DNA of 64,000 bases from Candidatus Curtissbacteria bacterium (GTDB lineage Bacteria > Patescibacteriota > Microgenomatia > Curtissbacterales > GWA2-41-24). The notes under the pieces were generated by a model. That model had not been told where the DNA came from. It did not search any database and saw only the letters and a program-made list of their open reading frames with translations. The first letter of the stretch is position 1, and the number at the start of each line of letters is the position of its first letter. The position numbers were made by a program, and so were the translations under genes. This document shows, one piece after another, positions 41,187 through 48,396 of the stretch. The stretch lies in contig JBBQJY010000002.1 in NCBI GenBank assembly GCA_038326365.1, positions 17,960-81,959 on the forward strand. Reading direction: 5' to 3'.

Positions 41187-41453
41187 TTAATACAAATGAC
41201 CTCTCATCCTTTCTGTCACATAGTCATCTTTTATTGTCTTACAATCCTCGCATTTTTCTACATGAGAATTTAAATCATCCAAAAACTCATGAATACCCTT
41301 ACCTCGAACTCTAAAATCAATTACGCACATTCTTTCCACGAGCAAATCCTCAATAAGAATCTTGTCTGGATGTTCGCTCCCTTCCGGAATTACACGTAAG
41401 GCAGGACCCAAATCGGACAAATATTCAACTAAATGATCGCCTTCTTTACTCAT
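41187..41453 (-). CDS. small protein with an HxxxCxxC (zf-HC2 / ZAS-like) motif
   Basis: AGGAGGTG SD 6 nt before ATG 41453; SHVEKCEDC. Confidence 0.65.
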   Translation of the reverse strand: MSKEGDHLVEYLSDLGPALRVIPEGSEHPDKILIEDLLVERMCVIDFRVRGKGIHEFLDDLNSHVEKCEDCKTIKDDYVTERMRGHLY

Positions 41454-41485
41454 AATTAACACCTCCTTTCATACTTTTCTCCACT

Positions 41486-41509
41486 AAAAAACTCACCGAT
41501 TGGTGAGTT
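41486..41509 (-). terminator. intrinsic terminator in the 5' leader (attenuator)
   Basis: AACTCACC-AATC-GGTGAGTT followed by a U run. Confidence 0.75.
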
Positions 41510-41592
41510 AAGGACTTTGGACGCGCTTAAACTACCAACCGAAGTTAGTCAGTTCTGCGCCACCAAGAGTTACTTCTTGCGTCCACAGATAA

Positions 41593-41621
41593 ATTGTACT
41601 TGTTGACTTACTAGTTGTCAA
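41593..41621 (-). promoter_or_regulatory. sigma70 promoter
   Basis: TTGACA-17 nt-TACAAT; overlaps the inverted repeat TTGAC-N9-GTCAA (41603-41621). Confidence 0.75.
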
Positions 41622-41669
41622 AATGTCTATATTTGATTTCAAAAAATCAAAGATATAAAATTTGCCCCC

Positions 41670-42338
41670 ATGTCAGAAAAAAAGCCGGGAGCCGAAATAG
41701 CATTTCTTCATATCAGCCCTATTTATGCACCCTTAGCCCAAAAATGGCCAATAGATTTAGAAAAGTGGATCGCAGAACCAGAATGGAATGGACCGCATGT
41801 GATTGTATATATCACACCCGGATCTAACTCAATAAAAACTGAAAATGGTCCTATAACAGCCAAATTTCCCGAGTTTCAACCAGGGCTTATAAGACTTGGC
41901 GAAAATCACAAAGCAATCGCCCTTGCCAGAATTATCCACAGAAAAACAAAAGCAACAAACTCCAATACTTCTCAAGAACGAAAGTTAGTCCAAGACCGAA
42001 TCGACGGAAAATTAAAGCCAGAATCAAGTCTCGAAAAACAATTTGCCGTGTGTCACTTGGTGTTTACAGACTTGATCTCCCTAGATGGAGACGATTTGAG
42101 ACTGTGGCCTTTAAGCTCGCGAAAAAAGAAGCTCGAAAATTTTCTGTCCACACTCCGCGAAGGTCAATCAGAAATTTATCAGTCACCCTACTCAGCAGAT
42201 CTAGGCGCAATGATGCAAAAGGCAAAAAATCAAGGTTTTGCTGAAGTCGTCTTTAAGAGAATTGACAGTGAATATAGGTTGAAATCTGGGACAGACCATA
42301 ATTGGAAAAAATTCAAAACTGAACGAAATCCCAAATAG
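41670..42338 (+). CDS. degenerate ATP-dependent DNA ligase adenylation domain
   Basis: WIAEPEWNG (KxDG lysine replaced by E), DLISLDGDDLR..PLSSRKKKL, EVVFKRIDSEY, WKKFK. Confidence 0.75.
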   Translation: MSEKKPGAEIAFLHISPIYAPLAQKWPIDLEKWIAEPEWNGPHVIVYITPGSNSIKTENGPITAKFPEFQPGLIRLGENHKAIALARIIHRKTKATNSNTSQERKLVQDRIDGKLKPESSLEKQFAVCHLVFTDLISLDGDDLRLWPLSSRKKKLENFLSTLREGQSEIYQSPYSADLGAMMQKAKNQGFAEVVFKRIDSEYRLKSGTDHNWKKFKTERNPK

Positions 42339-42774
42339 TATATTTCCCCACAGACAAGATAAACTTTTTTTGCGCCATCTCAAGTCCATGTTTTAAATCT
42401 CCAGAGCCCATATGCACATTTTGAAGATTCATAACATTATTATCTATATAAAGAGGCAGACCAACTAAAATTGGACAAACAGCACCAACAGCAACACCTA
42501 CAACTCGCAATACCTCCTCAGGCTTTGCCAATTCACTCTTGCCTCCAAACTTTGTTCTGATTTTTTTAAAATCCACGCGATCGCTGCCTCTGAGTGCCAA
42601 AGCTATAAAAGACCCGTCGGCAACTCGCACAATCAATGTCTTAACCACCTGATCCAGACTTATTCCAGCATTTACCACGTCGGCAACAGTAAAAGCCTTT
42701 TGGTCTAAGTTAACTACCCTAAAGGGCAGTTTTAGGTCCCGCAGGTGTCTCTCTATTTGTTTTAGGTTTGCCAC
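42313..42774 (-). CDS. YbaK/EbsC aminoacyl-tRNA deacylase family protein
   Basis: VVKTLIV, G.AVGAVCPI, MGSGD; GTG start. Confidence 0.88.
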   Translation of the reverse strand: MANLKQIERHLRDLKLPFRVVNLDQKAFTVADVVNAGISLDQVVKTLIVRVADGSFIALALRGSDRVDFKKIRTKFGGKSELAKPEEVLRVVGVAVGAVCPILVGLPLYIDNNVMNLQNVHMGSGDLKHGLEMAQKKFILSVGKYTIWDFVQF

Positions 42775-42997
42775 TTAATCCTTCCCTTTCTATTATGTCA
42801 CCCAAAATCCTAGATTGAATTGCTCTTCTTCTCTTTATCGCCTCTTCACTCTCACCCGTAACAATCTTTCCAGCTTCCTCCTTGGCACCGGCAATAATGA
42901 CCATCGCCCGAGACAATTCAGGGTCATCCGCGATCAATCTAAGTTTATCTCTCTCTATAATGCTTATTTCACCCGCCTTTCTAATTTTTCTCCACAA
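42719..42997 (-). CDS. hypothetical protein (start uncertain)
   Basis: ORF downstream of the attenuator; the SD-like AAAGGCGGGTG is followed by ATA rather than ATG; overlaps the YbaK start. Confidence 0.4.
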   Translation of the reverse strand: MWRKIRKAGEISIIERDKLRLIADDPELSRAMVIIAGAKEEAGKIVTGESEEAIKRRRAIQSRILGDIIEREGLSGKPKTNRETPAGPKTAL

Positions 42998-43021
42998 AAA
43001 AACCCGCCTATCTGGCGAGTC
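42996..43021 (-). terminator. intrinsic terminator at the end of the structured leader
   Basis: GACTCGCC-AGATA-GGCGGGTT followed by a U run. Confidence 0.75.
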
Positions 43022-43236
43022 TTGTCTTGGTATTGGGTTGAAAAACCTACCTACAAAACTCGCCTTAGCGAGTAAAGTAGAAGAAAAAGGTTTTCAAACT
43101 AACCAACATGTACAAATGAGCAGACGCTTCCTAAACAAATAATAAGAGCTTTTCAGCTAATATAATAATAGCAACTTAGCAGATCAGTCTGCCCTCTGCT
43201 AAGCCTTTCACCTCAAAAGAGCATTACTCTTTTACC
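43022..43236 (-). ncRNA. structured leader RNA / riboswitch candidate
   Basis: Several hairpins, a loop-to-downstream 8-bp pairing and an antiterminator-compatible segment. Confidence 0.5.
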
Positions 43237-43241
43237 CCTAA

Positions 43242-43271
43242 ATTATATCAATCCAAGACCGTAAGTGTCAA
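43242..43271 (-). promoter_or_regulatory. sigma70 promoter
   Basis: TTGACA-18 nt-TATAAT. Confidence 0.75.
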
Positions 43272-43303
43272 CTTTTATGGCAGCAAGCCTACTCAAGTGC
43301 CAG

Positions 43304-43377
43304 TAGCAGGGGTGGGGATCGAACCCACGACCTTGGCGTTATGAGTGCCACGCTCTGACCGACTGAGCTACCCTGCC
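43304..43377 (-). tRNA. tRNA-Met(CAU), elongator type
   Basis: GGCAGGG/CCCTGCT acceptor stem; CTCATAA anticodon loop; GGTTCGATCCC T-arm. Confidence 0.93.
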
Positions 43378-43436
43378 AATTGTGTGAATTGTATCAAACA
43401 AAAAAAGACCCTACAACTTATTTGCTTCTTGCTAGG

Positions 43437-44330
43437 TCAATACTCTTCATTGTCACCTGCCGCAATAACTTTCCAAGTTTTCTCTCCTGCACCTAAACCC
43501 TCATCCATAACCGTTTGGATAGTTGATGTATAAATTAGCATGCCGCCAATATATGCATCCGATATTCTTCTTTTAATATATTTGTCGATTTGGTTAGCCT
43601 TTTGGCAGGTAGGGAAGATTAAAAGCAGTGTTGGAAACTTGTAGGCAAGCCCCTTGATTTGTTTCCCATCACTTTCCTCGTAGGCTTCAATGTATTTATC
43701 TATTTTGTAACGTATTGCATACCTGGGGACGTGCGGATCAAAAAGGATAATATACCAGGAAGATTCTTCAATTTTGTCTTGGGTGACGAGTGACTTTTCA
43801 AAATGGGCATCGGGAATTAAGTCCTGGATATCCCTGAATTCAACTTCCCCTGTTTGGTGAATTTTCTCATAAGTCCAGATTTCGGATTTTGTTTCAAAGA
43901 AATATTCCCTGTCTTTGTTCTTGTCAGCTTTTTCAATTCCCTTAAACTGGAGGTAGATGTCAAAGATAGTTGTCGAGTGGTCTATGAAGTTTTGCGATGC
44001 GAGTCTGTCCTGATAGTACTTTTTAAGGTACTTTAAATCAACAAAATCTTCAAAACCCAAACTCTCCATTCCTCCCCATCTAGCACGGATGATTCCATTG
44101 TTTCCTAGGTAATAAATGGCTGGCTTGGTATTTTCCAGCAGCTTAGTTGAATAGATTCTACCAAGATATCCTTTCTCAACCAGCTCCTTTAGCCATTTGT
44201 TAAGCCTCGATGGGTCTTTATGCTCAATAAGTGTCTGCAGCTGTCTTCTTGTTATGAATCTAAACCTAAATACCAAATCAACTATTTCTTCAAGCTTCAC
44301 TGATATCTCAGGTTGTTCTCTAAAGTTCAT
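43437..44330 (-). CDS. replication-relaxation (Replic_Relax-like) family protein
   Basis: N-terminal wHTH RFRFITRRQL...LVEKGYL, YYLG..G, IDH, IPDA, then K..KY; lies between two tRNA genes. Confidence 0.65.
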   Translation of the reverse strand: MNFREQPEISVKLEEIVDLVFRFRFITRRQLQTLIEHKDPSRLNKWLKELVEKGYLGRIYSTKLLENTKPAIYYLGNNGIIRARWGGMESLGFEDFVDLKYLKKYYQDRLASQNFIDHSTTIFDIYLQFKGIEKADKNKDREYFFETKSEIWTYEKIHQTGEVEFRDIQDLIPDAHFEKSLVTQDKIEESSWYIILFDPHVPRYAIRYKIDKYIEAYEESDGKQIKGLAYKFPTLLLIFPTCQKANQIDKYIKRRISDAYIGGMLIYTSTIQTVMDEGLGAGEKTWKVIAAGDNEEY

Positions 44331-44773
44331 ATCATATTTAGATTACTTGTAAGCAGTTAGTTCTTAAGCAGAGGAACAGTTAAAGTAGCAAAAGCAGCAG
44401 ATCAAAGACAGTGTTTTCCTAAAGAGTAGACAGTATTAGCTCAGGTAGAGCAGGTGAATGAAATTGTACAAAGCCGCACGTTATATTACAACTCTTCCTT
44501 TTACTTGTAAAAGGGTAAAGAACAGAACTTTAGATTATCATTTTAAAGCTAAAAATAGTGGCACACAACGCACACTTAAAGTCCTAGCCAGCTAGGACTA
44601 AGCTCGTGCGTGAGCAAAGCCTATTTATTTAAGGTATTTTTGATAGTAATTGTTTTTTTTAGAAGATATAAGATTCGGAAAGATACTCTTTTTCCTTGGA
44701 TGTATCCGAACACCACAATTAGCCAGTACTTTCAAGCTATTTTGGATATTCGACACGAAAGCGTCTCACTCTG

Positions 44774-44844
44774 TAGCGGGGGCGGGAGTCGAACCCACTT
44801 CTGGAGATTATGAGCCTCCCGAGATGCCGTTTCTCTACCCCGCG
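44774..44844 (-). tRNA. initiator tRNA-fMet(CAU)
   Basis: CGCGGGG 5' end with C1xU72 mismatch; anticodon arm GGAGG-CTCATAA-TCTCC; GGTTCGACTCC. Confidence 0.9.
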
Positions 44845-44862
44845 TCGTTTGTGTAACTGAGA

Positions 44863-44891
44863 ATTCTAGCTTCAATTTGCCCTTTTGTCAA
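44863..44891 (-). promoter_or_regulatory. sigma70 promoter for tRNA-fMet
   Basis: TTGACA-17 nt-TAGAAT. Confidence 0.8.
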
Positions 44892-44897
44892 TGAATC

Positions 44898-45245
44898 TTA
44901 TACTTTATTCAGAAGCAGATTGCGCCACTTTTTCCAATTTGGAATAACCTTTTTGCTTACCGTGTCCACCTCAACCGTCTGTTTATTCGGCAGTACGAAC
45001 ACCTGCTCCCCTTCTTTGGCTAAACCCAATTTGTCTCGAATCTCACCTTCGGCAAATTTCTCGCTTTTTTTATACTCATATTCGCGCCTCAGTGCATCAT
45101 TTTCTTGTTTTAATTGCTCAAGCCGCTTTTCCTGGTCTTGGACTTCGTTTGAAGTTGTTCGCAACGACATAATCTTCCCAAAGCTATTTGAAGCTAAAAT
45201 TAAAGAAATTACAACAGCACAAATGAGAAGTAAGTTTCGCTTCAT
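44898..45245 (-). CDS. septum formation initiator (FtsB/DivIC family)
   Basis: N-terminal TM, coiled coil, E..IRDKLGLAKEGE. Confidence 0.85.
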   Translation of the reverse strand: MKRNLLLICAVVISLILASNSFGKIMSLRTTSNEVQDQEKRLEQLKQENDALRREYEYKKSEKFAEGEIRDKLGLAKEGEQVFVLPNKQTVEVDTVSKKVIPNWKKWRNLLLNKV

Positions 45246-45320
45246 CAGTTAACATGATATCAAAGTTTCAATGTTCAGCCAGCCTCCAAAAGTAAGGCTT
45301 AGCGAATATAGTAAAGACTA

Positions 45321-45349
45321 TTGACAAAGCCCATAGCACAAAGTATACT
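45321..45349 (+). promoter_or_regulatory. sigma70 promoter for the recombinase gene
   Basis: TTGACA-17 nt-TATACT. Confidence 0.75.
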
Positions 45350-45436
45350 CATTGTGCCTGCACGAACCGCCTGTTACATTCAATTCAAAGAGTGTGGCCT
45401 GCTTATTCACTCTAGCCCAAAAATCTGCTGCCATAT

Positions 45437-46312
45437 ATGAAAAAATTAGACGACGCACACAAAGAATTTGTCGACCATTTAAAAGGCAAAAAAAGAGCCT
45501 CGGCTACTGTGCTTGCTTACGGCAAGGACATAGAACAACTCGTTAAATTTTTAAACAAGCTTCAAAAGTTGCATGTTCACGAGGTAAAACCGGAAGACAT
45601 CAGGAGCTTTTTAGAAAAACTTCAAACTACGGGTTACACACAAAAATCACTGTCTCGCAAGCTAAATTCAACGAAAACTTTCTTCCGTTTTCTAAAAATC
45701 AAAGAATACATTACAGACGACCCAGCTTCCTTGGTCGAACACCCTCGATTTGAAACCAAACCACCCCGAATATTAACTCCAATTGAATATCGTGCTCTGC
45801 GCGACGCAGCCCGAGACGACGTCAGAATTGCCGCAATTATCGAAATTCTTCTACAAACCGGCGTTCGAATTGGTGAATTGGCGAACCTTAGAATCGATGA
45901 TGTTTTCTTCAGCGAGGAAACCAAAGAAGGCCATCTTTACGTTCGGCCTCAAGAAAATCGCCCGGAGAGAACAGTTCCCTTAAACAAAGCAGCCGAATCT
46001 GCCCTCAGAAAATACTTAGAAGTCAGACCTAAAACTACAAATCGAGCTCTGTTTGTGACCAAAACAGGCAAACCGCTCCTTGTCAGAAACATCAGAACGG
46101 CAATCGACCGATATTACAAAAAGGCAGGTATAACAGGCGCTAAAGTTAACGACCTAAGACACACTTGGGTTGCTCACCATCTCTCAAGCGGAGCATCACT
46201 TGTTCTTATTTCCAAAATTGCCGGCCACAAAAGACTTTCTACAACAGAAAGATATCTTTCGCTCATCCAGCCTCCAAAAGGCGAGGAAAAACTTAGACTC
46301 GAACAGCTCTAA
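45437..46312 (+). CDS. XerC/XerD-like tyrosine recombinase
   Basis: SAM-like N-domain, TGVRIGEL, NDLRHT, GHKRLSTTERY. Confidence 0.92.
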   Translation: MKKLDDAHKEFVDHLKGKKRASATVLAYGKDIEQLVKFLNKLQKLHVHEVKPEDIRSFLEKLQTTGYTQKSLSRKLNSTKTFFRFLKIKEYITDDPASLVEHPRFETKPPRILTPIEYRALRDAARDDVRIAAIIEILLQTGVRIGELANLRIDDVFFSEETKEGHLYVRPQENRPERTVPLNKAAESALRKYLEVRPKTTNRALFVTKTGKPLLVRNIRTAIDRYYKKAGITGAKVNDLRHTWVAHHLSSGASLVLISKIAGHKRLSTTERYLSLIQPPKGEEKLRLEQL

Positions 46313-46362
46313 GTACCTCTTGACACCAAAGAGCTGTTATCCGATACTAAATCGACTCTGCC

Positions 46363-47217
46363 ATGGGTATATTAAGTTTTTCAGATCGTCAACCAAAAAA
46401 GGGCTCAACACCCACAAAGATTTCTCCCACTGTACTCTCTCTTCTTAATCTAACTCAACAAGACATTGATGCTCATAACAAAAATATTCTGCAAAAAGAA
46501 GCAATAGCAGAAGGGCGTCAATACTATAAGGAAGTAAAAGACGAGACAAACATTATGTCCGCTCCCCCGGTCAAACTTGGCGAAATTGCTCTAAATCCCA
46601 GTACTGCCGACAAAAGCGATCTGGTCGATTCTCTAAAAAAACAGGTTGCTGGAATGCAAACTGCGCTTCACTCAGACGACGTCGCCAAACTTAACCTTTT
46701 AATAGAAGGGTTCGCCGAAGGTTACACTGAATCCGCTCTCGAAAATGGTGATTGGCAAACAGCCATCAAAGCAACAGACGCCGGCACTCAAGGCGGCATT
46801 TTAGAAAAACAAGATTTACTAAAAAAATTAAACGAGCTCTTTGCAAGTGATAAAGAAACTCGCATTCAAATCGTAGAATTGACCCAAGAGCGCCTAAATG
46901 CAAACCCAGAAAGCGAGATAAAGACAGCAGTCACCCAGCCAACCACCCAGATGACCCCAACAATCAATGGTCAAACTTCTACCCCGCCGGATTCTGCCCC
47001 AACTCAAAAACCTAGTATGGAACCTACACTTCATCCACTTTCCGCTCAACCACAATTTGCACAAATTGGATCGGATCTCACCCAACCACAGGACACTCTT
47101 CAAACACCAAAAATAACTCTCGCGCAAACTAAAGCGCCAGAACCCCAAACAGGTCCTGACGGAATAATTTTAAGGCCAGTTCCCAAAGCTCCTTCGAACA
47201 TGGACCTTGCCGCTTAA
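46363..47217 (+). CDS. hypothetical protein with a P/T/Q-rich disordered C-terminus
   Basis: 284-aa ORF with its own promoter TTGACA-17 nt-GATACT (46320-46348). Confidence 0.75.
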   Translation: MGILSFSDRQPKKGSTPTKISPTVLSLLNLTQQDIDAHNKNILQKEAIAEGRQYYKEVKDETNIMSAPPVKLGEIALNPSTADKSDLVDSLKKQVAGMQTALHSDDVAKLNLLIEGFAEGYTESALENGDWQTAIKATDAGTQGGILEKQDLLKKLNELFASDKETRIQIVELTQERLNANPESEIKTAVTQPTTQMTPTINGQTSTPPDSAPTQKPSMEPTLHPLSAQPQFAQIGSDLTQPQDTLQTPKITLAQTKAPEPQTGPDGIILRPVPKAPSNMDLAA

Positions 47218-47369
47218 TTCTTTTTTTTGAAGATACTAGAAAAAATATCCACCAACAAAATAACAACAATTGGAATAATCAGCAGTCTCCAGAACCAAGA
47301 CACAAAAAACACTGACCCTATTCCCACAATAGCCACAATTAAAAAAATCAGTTTATATAATAAGTTCAT
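47214..47369 (-). CDS. small 2-TM membrane protein (absent from the ORF track)
   Basis: Hand translation gives MNLLYKLIFLIVAIVGIGSVFFVSWFWRLLIIPIVVILLVDIFSSIFKKKN; fills the intergenic gap. Confidence 0.6.
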   Translation of the reverse strand: MNLLYKLIFLIVAIVGIGSVFFVSWFWRLLIIPIVVILLVDIFSSIFKKKN

Positions 47370-47465
47370 TGTTGATTAATCAGCTTTTCATCTGTTAGTA
47401 TATCTCCCATAGATTCTCTCGAGCAACCGAGGGGTCTTTTTTTTAAGGCCCAAAAAACAGCTAAA

Positions 47466-48284
47466 ATGACGGTAGACAGACCAGCAACCTTATATAAAAT
47501 AAATTTATCACCAAACATGGAAACTAAAGGAACACCACATTTTATAACCAAGCTTATTCGCGCTGACGACCCTGCTCGTTGTGTCGACGGCAGATCAAGT
47601 AAAGACTCAATTGAAGGGCCGCAAATGCTTGGAGGATCGATTCATCCAATTTTGCTCTCTTCAATCTACAATAATGAAATACTCGATATCGATTCGGTTA
47701 GAGATAAAATTACAATTATGCAAAAATCGGGTATCAAAACCGGCGCGCATAGAGATACAAATGCAAACAAATCGGTAAGTGGTTGTGGTTTAGCGGACAA
47801 TATAAAAGTTATTTTACAAACTGCAATTGAAAACAAAGAACAAATAGGCCGAGCAGTTAATGCTTTATACAACGAAAACAAAGGCCATTTTCCCAAATTC
47901 GACAAACCCTTTGGTATCCTACTAGAGGATACTTATAAAAAAATTGCGGCCTACGAAACAAGTAAGATTAAACTATTTGGAAATGCACTTGTTACAGCCA
48001 TTGAAAAAAATGGTTCTCAAGTAGAAACTGTCGAAGGTAATCACGCAGAACAGGTTGCTTTTGTAAACCTTGCCCAAGGCACAACTTTAGCAACGAAAGC
48101 TTTAAACGCATATAACGAACAGGCGTTTAACCTGGATATAAAAACCGTTGCAGAGACGGCAAAATTGCTTGGCTTACCAGAAGATTTTGTTTACCCAACA
48201 TCACTCGTAATGTACTTGGCAACCGAAATTGTATTGGTTGAAAACGCAAACAAGCCTGCAGTGCCCGTTCACGTACACTTCTAG
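47466..48284 (+). CDS. cadmium-type (zeta / CDCA-like) carbonic anhydrase domain protein
   Basis: CVDGR, GPQMLGG, GAH...GCG metal ligands, GNHAE; alternative start at 47517. Confidence 0.7.
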   Translation: MTVDRPATLYKINLSPNMETKGTPHFITKLIRADDPARCVDGRSSKDSIEGPQMLGGSIHPILLSSIYNNEILDIDSVRDKITIMQKSGIKTGAHRDTNANKSVSGCGLADNIKVILQTAIENKEQIGRAVNALYNENKGHFPKFDKPFGILLEDTYKKIAAYETSKIKLFGNALVTAIEKNGSQVETVEGNHAEQVAFVNLAQGTTLATKALNAYNEQAFNLDIKTVAETAKLLGLPEDFVYPTSLVMYLATEIVLVENANKPAVPVHVHF

Positions 48285-48396
48285 TGCGTTATTGCTAATT
48301 AGGCATCCTTTTGGTATATTTTGCCCCAAGAAATAGAACAAGAGTATAATCAGCGCAGTGGCCTCTTCTAAAGGGGGGCTTTTTTTAAGGGCAGAT

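Noticed and set aside
41510-41590. Canonical T-box upstream of trpS
   Set aside because: No stem I or specifier loop and no GGUGGNACC consensus; trpS has its own promoter-like TATAAT and SD
43304-43377. tRNA-Ile2(CAU) identity for this tRNA
   Set aside because: The GGC-start acceptor stem fits elongator Met better and a UAU Ile tRNA is present; not proven without an isotype model
44610-44856. Two plus-strand ORFs of 67-68 aa
   Set aside because: They overlap tRNA-fMet on the opposite strand and have no recognisable features
43304-46312. Intact integrative element bounded by att repeats at the Met tRNAs
   Set aside because: No duplicated tRNA 3' end was found; a divIC-like housekeeping gene separates the recombinase from the islet
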